Shown: positions 27,201 to 39,800 of the stretch, piece after piece
How the letters are laid out: each line of letters opens with the position of its first letter
Numbering within the stretch: the stretch's first letter is position 1
Assembly: GCF_022539665.2 (NCBI RefSeq)
Contig: NC_081333.1
Coordinates: forward strand, 10,354,001 to 10,418,000
Direction of reading: 5' to 3'
Source: Daphnia carinata
Taxonomy: Eukaryota
Length of the DNA stretch: 64,000 nt
The notes under the pieces: model-generated
The model's input: the letters and a program-made list of their open reading frames with translations, nothing else
The model's database searches: none
What the model was told of the DNA's origin: nothing
Translations under genes and position numbers: made by a program

Positions 27201-30200
27201 AGCCGAACAAAAAATGAAATAAAAGAATGACACGCGCGGGATTTATTCGTCGCTTTCCCGAGCTATGTGGAGCAAAAAGCGACCATAGAAGTCAAATAGT
27301 GAAAGAGAAAACAAAGAGAAAAAAAAAAAAAAAACACAAAACAAAAAGGAACTGAGCTATAGGCTTTGAATGATGACATTGGATCTGATGGGGCGGCCAA
27401 AAGCACTCTCCCGTTCTACATCGGCCTACAGATCCAGCAAAATGCCACTGATGTTCACTGCCTCTCGCTGCTATGTGCAGAGAGAGCAACTCGAAGGGGA
27501 TGTCCGAATGTGTTGCATCCTTTCTTGTCCGGTAGTGCCGCTACCTCTTGGCCGCTTTCAGCGCACATGTCGCATTTCTTCTTTTGTTGTTGTATAGATT
27601 GGATTTCTCCCTGCGTTCGACCTCGCCACTGTCGTGATCAAAAGAGAATCAGAAAGAGAGAGAGATGGAGGCTAAAATAAAAAGGATAAGGAAATAAAAG
27701 GAAAAGAACACACATAGATTTGTGCCTTTTTCATCATTTTGATTTCTTTTTTTTTTTTTTTCTTATTCTCTTGTAGCCATCAGTGCGCTTCCCATCGCAC
27801 ATCTAAGGCTACTTTTTGAAGTCTACAATCCACTGTGTTTAGAGAGTAGACACGCTCACGCAACACGAAGAGGAATTGGCCTCACGTTATGCTTCTTTTT
27901 TCGCCTCCGTTAAGGCCACACTGTACAACAATACCTCGCCCCCGGTCGTTCCCTAACGGCCAGTCCGTTCCAATTTTTGCAAAACTATGCGATAGTTTTC
28001 GACACAGTGAGAAGCTCACCACACACCTGCAATTTTGTTTTTGAATTTCTCTCACGTGTTAGGTGGGAAAAAAGAATTTGTATTATTTGTTAAGTCGGTT
28101 GTGATTTCCTTTCGGATTTGGGCTTTGAAAGCCTACGGATCGACAAGTCAGCGGCCGGTGTTGTTGCTGGGCCAAATCAAAGCCACCCCGACACGCTTGA
28201 TCTCTCTCTGTCGTCTACGTCTGCATAAATCAGGTCTTCCATCCCACCCCTCCGTGCCCTTCGTCTTTGGTCTTCCCCGCTTGTTTCTGGCTGATTGATT
28301 AGTTTGACCAAAGCTGTGCGTATCATCGTCATGTAGAAAAGGCAACAGACAAAACAAAAAGTAGTCCACTACGTCCACAGGCAGAGAATAAACGGCCTCA
28401 AAGCCACAACGACCGCAGATGAGACTATGAACCATCCATCACATTGCGTCACTCGTACTAAAAAAAAAAAAGATAAAAGATAGTCAAATAGAAGTAGAAC
28501 AAAACTCCAAAAAATTAAGTAAGAACAAACGAAAAGGGAGGCGGGAAGACTTTGGCAGATGTCACTTCATTTCTCCACGATCGACTAGGAAACACGGAAA
28601 CGTTTGTTATACTACGTCGCAACTCTCTTTTTTAAGGTTCCGCTGATGGTTAACACGATCGCGGAAAGAAGTGAGACCATTTGGCTTCCATTACAAATGG
28701 AAGAAAAGGAAGGAAGTAAGTCGAGAAGTTGAAGGAAAAGAAGGTTAATGATTGACTTTTCGAAGGCGTTAAAGAAAAATTGTCCCTTTCAGAAAGAAAA
28801 AAATAGAACAAAAGATGTACGAAGCCGAGCGCTAAGAGAAGAAAGAACGGGCTTTTATGTCTTTTAAAATTTAGCAGCAAGCGAAAAGGAAAAAGGGGGA
28901 AGCAGAATTGAAGGGTGGAAGAAATATTTCCGCAGAGTCTGGTTCAATCCATCAGTGTCTTGACATCGTGACAGGGACCTCGGCGCTAGACACACACACA
29001 GTGGACATACAAGTGGTGTAAGAGAAGGAGGGTGTCTCAGCTTCTCCCGTCCGGATATTTCCTTAAACTTTTTTTTTTTCTTGTCTTGTTCCTCTTGCGC
29101 CAACATCACCTCCTGATGACTCATGCTTGACTGCCCTTAATGATGGACCTCATGACTGATAGATGACTTCAACTCTCTTGTAGACTTTTATCATTCATTC
29201 TTTTTTTTTTTTTTCGAGCTGTCCGAACCGACCCAACTGCGTTTGCCCGTGTCGTACCGTGCCCAATACAAAGGGACTGTGTTGTAGGCTTCTTTTAACT
29301 TTGACGAACAATAGGAAAAAAAAAGGGGAGTAACACGAAACCTCTTCTTGTATTCCGTTCTCATCAGAGAAGCCAAAGTATGTGAAGACGGTGGAAAAAA
29401 AAAAATGAAAGGGAAAAAATGATTTTAGAAAGAATTAAAGAGAAGAGGACACGAAAGAAACGGGCGAGCTGTGCGCCATTTTTCACGCATCACCTCCACC
29501 AAATGGCTGTCACCGTTTCTTTGCTGTTCCTCTACATCACTCCTATCAACTTTGATTTATATACGCATATTTGCATGTCCGTGGGCATTGGTCCGGCGCT
29601 GAAGCCCAAAAACAAGCGGTAAAGAAATCTAAACAAATAACGATAAATAAATGGGGAGGAAGGCGGGACGAAAGTCAAAGAGAAACAATAGTATGACAAG
29701 ATCAAATCGACTGATGTCTAGAAGGAAAGAAGACAAACGTAACATGGATTCAGCTTGACTCTATGAATTCATGCATGTTTCACGTGTACCCGCCAATTGA
29801 CGTTTTTTGCCAACCACAGGCCAGAGGCCAAGCCCGTCAGCAACTGTTGAATTAATAAAGAACTTGTCCCAGACAATCGACGTGGTTATCGGTTACTTGT
29901 TTCAATCGCAATAGGAGACGGGAAAAAAAAAATGGAAATGCATTCCATGCATTCCTTTGCTCTTGTTTTTCCCTCGGTTTCAGGGTTATCCCTTTTTTGT
30001 TTTACCTTTCAATTTCATATCCCATCGTTTTAATTGGATATGAAATCGTTGTCATTTGATTTTTTTTTTTTTTAAATCCTTTCTTTTTATTTGGTTTACC
30101 TTTTTGTTTTGAAACGACTGACAGTCAAAATTGAAAATGATTTCCCGCGACCTTCACGTCGTCGATTTTAATTCCCAATACTCCGATTTCCCCTTATTTT

Positions 30201-33200
30201 TCCTGTTCATCATCATCTCCGGTTTCCAGGCGATGATGCGGGACGAAAAGAGACATGAAACATTTTTTCTCTTTTCAGCTCGGTGGAACATATGGAATGC
30301 CAACTTATAGTTCCGACGTATATACCACAATCCGAGGCAAAGCTATAAGCGTGTTTGAACCAGTGACTGAGGTTCTCCTTTTGCCCTTTGTCCGTCTTGC
30401 ATGTGTCGGTTTGATTGGGCAAGAAAAGAATTACACACACAAAAAAAAAAAAGAGAACTCGAACGCCGTGTGCAACCGGAGAATTGCCAGTCATTGCGCA
30501 CCTGGACGAGAGAACTCGAAGGTAGAAGAAGAAGAAGAAATGGAGGGGTTCTTCTTGCAATTGCTGCTGTCCTGTTCAGCGCTGGGCCGTGGACGACTGT
30601 GTGATTAATGTTCCGTCACCCTGCCTGCAAATGGAGCCAGCACGATTTTTTATCTTCTCCTATTCGAATGGCGTTTCTCGTGTCCGTCGCCGCTGACGAT
30701 GCCGCTGCGTGTGAGGGTCTTGTGTCCGTGCGTAGAGACATGCTGGTGGGACACCTAACCCGCCCCAACAGCCCATTGTCCTCGACCCTGACGATGATTG
30801 ACGTCTCTTCTTTCTTCTCTCCTCGTTCGTCTTTTTTTTTTCCTTTTCTTTTTCACGTGCACACGAGCTCTAGACTTGTACACGCCAGAGCTGTGTGTGT
30901 AACGTTGGCGTTGAGCTGTTGCCCATTTCGGGACCCGACCTTTCCTGTCTTTCTGTCCTTCTTATTTATGATGATTCAAAAGCCAAGCGATCGATCGATT
31001 TGCTTCTGTCTCTTTCTTATTTGAAGAGAGAGAACACTGACAGAAAAACTTAAAACGAATGAGAGAATATCGGGCCAAGTTCTCGGTATCTCCTTTCGAT
31101 GCGTGTTTCTTCGTTGTTTCTGAAACGATGCAACTATTAACTGATGGACGAGAACACACGATGGAATACCAAGAAAAAAGGGCGAATGAAATAGGACAAA
31201 GCGATCGAAAATGATGAAGATGCCAAATAAAATAGGAACACAAATAAAAAAGAAGAAATAAATAAAAGAAAAAAGAAAAAGAAATGAGACAAAACAAGAA
31301 AAAGAAAGCCAAAGAAATCTGTCGCCAGAATGATGGAGTATGTGGCATCATCGTCTCTCTTTTCTTTTTGAGACTCGGAGAATCCCAACTCTTATCACCT
31401 CTCTCACTCTTTGGCTGGCTGACTGACTGGGCTGCTCGGCGTTTGCCAAGTCACTCTCCAACTTTATTAACGACTGCCAATCATTTTTTTTTCGAAAAGA
31501 GACGTGTCTGTGCGCTATTCTCTCGATCCTCTTTTCCAACCATCCATCATCGCTCAACTTGAAATAACTGGGGTCAAGGTGTCTAGACACCTCACGAGTC
31601 CCATCTTTTCTTTATTCCTGTTTTCCTTTCTATCAATTTTATTTCTTGAAAGAAATGTTCAACGTCCCGTTTCGTTTTAAAAAGACCCCTTTTTCCTTAA
31701 ACGGACAAGTGTACCAACTTGTGAAAAATTAAGGGCAAAATCGATCAGCCAGATGTTGGAACATGTTCGTGTTTGCATCGCAAAGCTGAGTGGATGCTGA
31801 ACTGCGAATCATAATGTGCTTATGTAAATAGCAGAGACCTTCGGTGACAAAGTGAAGGCGATCCCGATGAAAATTCATTGGCACCTAACCACCCAGTAGC
31901 TGGCACACGTATCGACGAATGTGCTGTGTGGGGGATTGTGATCACGCTATTACGAAACGATAGCGGGGACGGACAAGAATGCAAGTGCGTGGGGTATAGG
32001 TGATGGAGGAAGAAGTGGCAAAGGAAGGTGGACAACGATGCATAAGAAAAAAAAAAAAACAAAAAAAAACAAAGGAAGACAAAAATGGCAAAAGATAAAG
32101 GGAATCATCTCGAAATAAAAGAATGGAAAAAAGAAGAGCTCCAGCAATGGATCACCCGTCAGAAAACTGTTATTGATAACTGACAGACATGGTCAGGATC
32201 ACACGGGCAAAAAGTAAAGGTCTCGTTTCCTTTCCGTCAGGTTGCTCGCCTTGACCATTTGGCTCTCACTTTTTTTTTTGGTTTTATTTTCTTGTTTTCT
32301 GCTTCGTTTTATCATGTTTCAAGTCTTCATTTTTTGGTTGTGTTTCGCTTTTTCTTGCGGTGGTCTCGCTGCCTCTCAGCAGACACACGGTATTCAGCAA
32401 GAAAAAAGAAAAGAAAAGAGAGAAGTCGAAAGAGCGCAACATCCATCATGTGCGTGTCAGCTGTCAAAGCCTCTCGTGTGCTGCGCGCATAGAACTAACA
32501 TCGCCCACCTTTACCCAAACCACACCAGCCGCACCGCCCTGTCCGCAGCCCCGGCTGCTTTTATTCTTATTCTTTTGTTGGGTTCACCTTTTTTTCTTCA
32601 GTGGTTTTTGTTTTGTTGTTCTTCTTGGGTATTCTGATTCTGAACGCACCTTTTGCCTTTTTGTGTGTGTGTGGAATTGGTCTTGGAATGGAGAGACAGA
32701 GAGACAACACACAATTATTGAGATATGCCGCTCTCCTTTTTTTTTTTTTTTTTTTTTTTTTTTTCGTTCGGTGTCTTTGGATTTTTAGATTTTAGCTTGT
32801 TTTTTTTTTTTTTTTTTTGTTTCTTTACTTTTCTACGATTTCATTTCAGTTTGTCTTGTTATTTTTTATTTTCTTCTCGTCTTTCCTGGCTACCTTGTCT
32901 ATCTCTTCTTTTTCTCTTGCGCCTTTCGCGTCACGCTAGATGGTTGATAAATCATGTTGCGGCATCGATCGAAAGTCGCTCGCCGTTGTCAGTGATGCCG
33001 GTCGGTCCCATTGTTTCGGCTACCTTTCCTGCCTTTTGTCGCATGGCCGAGGTCGAGTCGTTTCCCGGGACTCAACAGGAACGAAAAGGGGAAAAAAAAA
33101 AAATAAATGACAAAACAAAACGAAAACAAGAAAATTCCCTTACCCAACCAAAAAAAAAAGCTGATTTGAAATGTATAAATATTCTTTTCGTTCAAAAGAA

Positions 33201-36200
33201 AGAGAGAAAAAACAGGGGGTAGAACAAAAACAGAAAAAAAAAAAAAAAATAGGCAATGAGAGAAAAAAAAAAAAAAAAAAAAATGAAACAAATGGCTGCG
33301 CTCCTGCTGGCTGCTGTCGCTGGAACAGGTCGTGATGTTGTTTCCTTCTCTATCCGTCAACACATCAGCCGGCATTTTACGATTGGACGAATTCTCTTCT
33401 TTTTCACGTATATATCTCAGTCCAAACCTTGGTTTTGTTTTTTCTCTCTTCGTTTCGTCTTCGTTGTTGTTTTCTTTGGCTTTCAATGGATTTTTGTTGT
33501 CCATGTTTTTATGTAGCGACTCCTCCCTTTTTATTTTGATAGTCGTTTCATTTTATTTTTTTTTTTTTTTTTGACTTTGTTTTCCAGCTTCTCTGTCTCC
33601 GGCTTCTCTTTGTTCTACTTTTATTCTATTTGTCTCATTCTCTTCCGTAGCCGCTTTCGCTATGGTTGCTGATTGAATCTATCAAGTCGGTGAACTGCCG
33701 GTCCGTATATATAAACAGTTTTTCTCTGGCGCGTCTTGTCTGTAGCTTTGATTTATAATTGATACACCGGTAAAGATGGGTTGGCTATGATTGGATCAAT
33801 CGGCTTTGATCTCGATTGCTTATTGCTACGTACCGAGTACACAAACATAAAAACTGCTAGCGTACGCACTCAACGAACGAGAGCTAAACAAATAGATAAG
33901 GGAAAGCGCAATTTTCGTTTCCTGCGGCCTTGTTTTGTGTTTCTCCCCGTTCATTTTCCGCCCCACTTTGTTATCATCTACAGTCTATAAAAGCAATTAA
34001 AAACGAAGCGGGTAGAAAGCCATAGAGATAGGCAGGGCTATCGGAAACGAAAGGAGTCCGTGGGAGGGATTGATCTTGTTGGTTGCAACCGAGATGTAAT
34101 CAGCCGGATAATTTCTGATTCATGTTCCCCGAATGTACATTGGGCCTCTCCAACATTACTCCGTTAAGCTAGATTTATCTATCAAAGGAAATAACAAGGA
34201 ACAAAAAAGATGACGGAAGATCTTCTTTGCGACTGTACACAATACAAACATAAGACGACAAAGACAGAGACCAACGCGCCACTGATATATACTCTAAACC
34301 ATCAAATCACAACTCATGTGTGTAGGTACGTGCGTGAGAGCCGATCTTGAGTTTGGCCGACATGAAGCCAAGCCGCACGGCCGTGCCAAGAGCTTGATTG
34401 GAGCAACAACAGCCTCTTCGTCCCTATTGCCAATGAGCAAATTGGTGAAGCGGAGGGGGGGGGGGGACGAAGAGGAAAAGCTTTGCCCGTGGTCCCTTTT
34501 CTTTCTTCCTTAACCGTCCCTTGCTCCTACACCGCTATACCGATACACGTCCATAAATATATATACATATAATATATATAAGAGGTCTCATGGTTGTAAT
34601 CCTCTGTAATTACACATCGTTCCCAATCTCTGTGTGTCCTTTGGGCCGAGTGTAATACACAGCCGGCAATCGGCTGTGCTGTCATCGTTCCCCACAAAAC
34701 TGGGCGAGCCAAATGAAGCCACTATCGTTCGTTCTTACCGTCTTACTCATCTTCATCATCATCATCATCATCAGGACTTTGAATCCCCGTGTCGGTTACT
34801 GATCTATCGACGCTAACTTTTTTTTTTCTCTCTTTTTTTCCGGGGCTATAACACTTCGTCAAACCTTTATCGCTGACGCCGCGCCCGTTTTTAGTTGATA
34901 TGGTTCACTTATACATCTAGACACAAGAGAAACTTAGGGCCATCCGTTAGCTGGGCGTCCTATCAAGTCTCGTCCTGTTCTCCTTTTTATTTATAACGGC
35001 TGTGTGTGTCTCTCTATAAAAGGGAGGCAATGCGCGAGCACTAATTAAAAGTAATGAGACGGCCAGGCACTGAAAGGCGATCGGCCAAAAAGTATCCGCC
35101 TCCAGGAGCAAGCGAGGGCCATTGCCTCTGTACGTGGGTACACGCATCGCGCTAATTCCGACGTCAAAGACGCTTTCATTAGAGAGAAAACGCTTGGTTC
35201 ACTTCTCTAAGCTTTTTTTTTTTGTAAACTTCTTATTGCTTTTAGTTCATTGTCTTTTGTTTTTTATTTATTATTTTTTTGGGGGGTGGGGGTTTCTTAC
35301 GTAACTTACGATGATGCTTTGGTTTTAGTGGTTGAGAAACAACCGAGTATATCGATTTCCAGATAGGGAAAGAGACTCTGATTTTTTTTTTGGATCCTTT
35401 ACATTTCTCTCTGCCCAGAGAAAAAAGATGAAAATGAGCGAAATGACATCGTCTTAATTGCTTCGTTATGGAACGACTCGCTTTGTCCCATTGGCTCTCG
35501 ACAATCAAACTAAACGGAAATGATTCCGAATTGAAATTTTTTGTCTTTTGTTTTGTTTTTTTTGTTTTTTTGAAGAGCAATAGTCATAATAACCATACGC
35601 GACGGGAAAAGAAACAAAATGGAATGAAAAAGAAAATAGATTTAAAAATGAAAAAAGGCCAGGAGGAAATCAATCCGAAATCATTTCTGAGAAAGACAGT
35701 TGGCAAACAGTTTCTTTGATTGTGGAGTGCGAGCGGAATGAATGAGAGATGTGCGTAACGCAAACAGACACCAGAATATGAAAAGCGAGAAATGACAAGC
35801 GGAGTGACGTCCGGATGACTTGATTATCCATTGAAGGTAGAGGTGTGCGCGCGTGTCAGTCAACCAGTTTTTTTTTTATATCCCCCTCTCTTTTAGCTCC
35901 CGTTTTTATTTTTCCTCAATTGAAGAGGAGGGATCAAAAAATGAAAATGAAAGAGAAGAGAAGGTTAACAAAAAAAAAAGACAGCCTTTTGCTGTGACAG
36001 ATCAGACAGACAGAATAAACTCGTATGGCGTGTTCCCTTTTTTTTTTTTTCTTCTAATGTTGATATTCTCGTTCTGCAAGTGTCCCTTCATTTTTATTTT
36101 TCCTTTTTCTTTGGATAAAACCATTCAAAAATGCCACCCTTCGGGTCGACAGTTGACTGACGTTTCAGGAGTGAGGTGTACCTTGTGCTACCAGCTATCC

Positions 36201-36626
36201 ACCTCACTGTAGGTCTCTCTCCTTCTCTCTATGACTCGTGCGCAGTCTTGACACCGTCCTCCCTCCCCTACACCCAGAGATGCACACAACACACGTCTCT
36301 CTCTTTCACCCGAATCACCCTGTCTTGCTTTATTCACGTGAAGCCGTAGGTGTATGCGATGAGTGACACTGACGCGCTCGGATGCCCACTCGACGCAGGG
36401 GGAAGCTATAGAAACAAGCTACTGTCTTTCCACTCTAATCCGGGCCGTTTAATCCGATATTGTGCTCTTCGCGGTACCTCCCTAAACTGCTCCTGTTGGC
36501 ACGCGCTCATATTAAAATCTTTTTCTTTCACCTGTTTGCTTTTCAAAACGTGTGATTGTGATGAATTGATAATTGCTGGAATCCATTGTGAAATTTTAAT
36601 GTTTGTGTTTTTTTTTTGTCTAACAG

Positions 36627-36704
36627 GGGAGGAGGAATTGGCGGCGGCAGCGGCAGCGCGTGAAGCGGCAATTGCAGCCGGATTACTTGATCCAAATCAA
36701 ATAG
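36627..36704 (+). CDS. tsh/tio: Internal coding exon of tsh/tio (x-EEELAAAAAAREAAIAAGLLDPNQI)
   Basis: Strong acceptor (TTTGTGTTTTTTTTTTGTCTAACAG ending 36626), GC-rich 78-bp open segment, and donor AG|GTAAGC at 36704/36705. The phase-1 junction joins in frame to the terminal exon (G|AT = Asp). Confidence 0.85.
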   Translation, partial: GRRNWRRQRQRVKRQLQPDYLIQIK

Positions 36705-36826
36705 GTAAGCCATTCTTCGCATTTTTTTTTTTTCTATGCACTTAGCGAATAGACAAGATAAATGATCTTCGGTTATACAACATATTATTCATCCTTTCCA
36801 TAAATATTATTTGTTAATCAAAGTAG
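36705..36826 (+). other. 122-bp GT-AG intron of tsh/tio
   Basis: GTAAGC...TCAAAGTAG, AT-rich, with an in-frame stop at 36743-36745 if retained. Phases on both sides are compatible. Confidence 0.82.
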
Positions 36827-39800
36827 ATGAATTCGAACCCGATCCGGATCAGAGCCAAGATTCCGGTTCGTCTTCTTCGTCACCAGCACGCGATGACGTA
36901 GACGAGGATGAAGCATTGAAAGAAGAGAAACCTAAGAAAGGAAGAGCTTCGCCACTTTCGCGGGGATCCATGAGCCCCGGCCGAAACAGTCCCGCTCCAA
37001 TCATGAGCGATCCTACTTCGGCCGCAGCTGCGGCAGCCGCTGCGGCGGCCGCTACCAACCTGCAAAACCTGCAGGCCTTTTTAGCAGCTAGCGCAGCTTT
37101 CCCGGGACTATTATCTCACGGCGGAGCGGCTGCTGGACTCTTGGCCGGCCTTCCTGGTGGCTTGCATTCAGCCCTGGCCATGCAGGGATTTCAGGGACTA
37201 CAAGGCCTACAGGGCCTTCAAGGTTTGTTTGGCTCTCTTCCGGCCGCCGCGGCGGCTACCAAACATTCGACCAATGTTATGTCTCCGCCAGCCGGTGCCA
37301 TCCCATCCCCGGGAGCCGGACGCAATGCTGATATTTCCAGCATCATGGATTTCAGCAACAAACGCCCCGCTGGTGTCGGCATTAAACTGGAGAAAGGAAC
37401 AGAATCTGAAATGGCGGACGACGCCCCTCCAGCACCTCGTCGCAGAGCTGGCGGTGAGTCATCTCCTTTAGATTTGAGCTCTTCCGGTGTCCGGAAGCGA
37501 GATCGTTCGTCAGGCGGTTCTACAGCCAACATCGGCCCGGCCGAGAAGCGCCGTTCCGATTCGACGGCTGGATGGAAATCGGCCGGCGTCCCCCACACGC
37601 CCGACGCCTGGAACGGTCACCACAAATCCGCAATCGACGCGAAGAGTTCGTTCGTCACTCCACCGGACGCCTCTAAAGCTCTGGAAAGGATGACGGAATT
37701 GAGTCGCTTGTCGGGTGAGTCGAGAGCGGGCGGTGCTGGAGGAGGCCGTCAGTCGGCCTGGCAGAGCCATTGGCTCAGCAAAGGAGCCGACACGGCCAAG
37801 GACGTCCTCAAGTGCGTCTGGTGTAAACTGAGCTTCGAGACGTTGGCCGCCTTGACGACGCACATGAAAGAATCGAAACACTGCGGCGTCAATGCCAGTC
37901 TCATGTCATCGGCGTCCAGCGCTTCGGGTGCGGCCGGATCGGTGAATTCCTCACCGGTGGCGTCATCACCTTCGTCTTCGTCACAACCGCATCATCACCA
38001 ACCGCAAGCGTCGCCGTCTTCTCATCAGTCGGAAAGGGATCGGCTTCCGGCCGCATCTCATACGCCCTCCTCGTCGGCCTCGACGACTCCATCCGGCAGA
38101 GGCCATCATCACTCGAGCAGCAGCAGCAGCAACAATCACGATTTACTGCTCAAAGAGTCGGGTCAGGTCCAGTTGCCTCGCAAATTGGTTCGCGGCCAGG
38201 ACGTCTGGCTGGGCAAAGGAGCCGAGCAGACGCGCCAAATCCTCAAGTGTATGTGGTGCGGTCAGAGTTTCCGCTCGCTGGCCGAGATGACGACGCACAT
38301 GCAACAAACTCAGCACTACACCAACATCATCTCGCAAGAGCAAATCATCTCGTGGAAAGCGGCCGACGGCGAAGGAGGCGCCGCTGGCAGCGGCGGCAAA
38401 GGATCGAGCGGATCGGGAGCCAATCACGGCCAACAGCAACAACACCATCACGGCCAGCAGCAACAGCCGCATCAACAGCAGCAGCAAGCGCAACAACAAG
38501 CGCAACAACAATCGCACGTCAACGCCGTGCTGACATGCAAAGTGTGCGACCAGGCGTTCGCTAGTTTGAAGGAACTCAGTTCGCACATGGTGAAGAACTC
38601 GCATTACAAAGAGCACATCATGCGATCCATCAGCGAAAGCGGTGGCCGTCGCAGACAGGCCAGGGACAAACGCAAGAAAGCGCTGCCCGTTCGGAAGTTA
38701 CTGGAACTGGAACGAGCCCAGCAGGAAGCTCGATCGCTGACTCAGTTGCAGCAGCAGCAGCAGCAAATGATTCCGGCCCAGCATCACCACCAAGCTCTGG
38801 TTGAACAACAGAAAGGAACCGGCAACACGGGTCGGATCAGTTGTGAAAAGTGCGGCGACAAGATCGAGACGAGCGGCTTCGTCGACCACATCCGGCAGTG
38901 CGTCGGCGGAAGTGGACAGTCGATGCGCGCAGGAAGCAAGAGCAGCACTCCGTCGCCTTCCGTCGTCGCTCCTAAATTGGAGACGATCAACGGGTCCGGC
39001 CGCAAGACACCGAAATCCACCAAACACCAAACGAGCAATCCGTCGCCGAGGGCCAGTCCGATGAGCGTCGGATCGGCCAACGGAAGCGACGCTCCAGCAG
39101 CTCCGCCCGCTTCTTCTTCCACTCCGAACAAAGATGGCTCACCATCGGTCCTCAATGCTATCGAGAAATTGATTGAAAAGAGCTTCGACGCCGGACAGGG
39201 CGGCAGCGGAGGCAAAGCCAAAACGGCGGCCAACAACGCGACCGGCTCCAACATTCTGCGCCGTTTGGGCATCGATGAGAGTTTGGACTATTCCAAACCG
39301 TTGATGGATCCGATGATGACCGTCAACATGCTCCGCCTTTACGGCTACGGCCAGCCGGCTGGCCATCAAAGAGAGCGGACCACTAGCGAGGCCAGCAGCA
39401 GCAACGCTTCGGCCGCGGCCAGCAATGGTGATCACTCGTCGCATCCAGCGGCTCATCAGAGAGACTCTGGAAAATCAACTCCGCGATCAGCCAACGGAGG
39501 CGCATCTCCGCTTCGCAGCCGCAGTCCGAGTCAGAGTCCTAGCGGAGTAGCTCATCGTCGGAGACGGAAGGACCCGTCTCCTTCGCCCGTTTCTCCGACT
39601 ATGGATGCCGACATTAATCCGTCCAGCCCAGCGGCCAGTTCCGTTGTTAGCGAACGCTCGTTGCGTTCCACCACGCCGGCCACCCAACTGAGTTCTCCCG
39701 ACGTGGCCGGACGCCGCAGCCAGAGCCAAACGCCGACCGACGTCCAGCAACCTGGACGATCCAGCCTCAACGCCCTATCGTCCATGTTCGAAGGACTCTC

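Larger units (their letters stand above)
1..36626 (+). other. Probable large first intron (or upstream regulatory desert) of tsh/tio
   Basis: The exon at 36627 starts at an acceptor in phase 1 with no ATG, so an upstream exon is required. No coding-like segment was found in 1-36626. An unrecognised short exon inside this span cannot be excluded. Confidence 0.55.

Noticed and set aside
33043..33180. MAEVES...RKQENSLTQPKKKADLK as a possible first exon
   Set aside because: Built largely from poly-A runs, and the would-be donor (AAT|GTATAA) is poor.
33700..33760. TATATAAA as a tsh/tio core promoter
   Set aside because: No initiator at the expected distance, and TATA-like words are common in this AT-rich DNA.
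476..36212. Numerous 60-190 aa ORFs upstream of tsh/tio
   Set aside because: They are dominated by poly-F/K, CV/TH and RE/SL runs translated from homopolymers and microsatellites, and show no domains or coding-like composition.
37454..37720. Two perfect GTGAGT donors inside the large exon (37454, 37715)
   Set aside because: Both are explained by Gly-Glu-Ser codons. The ORF is continuous and conserved motifs lie between and after them.
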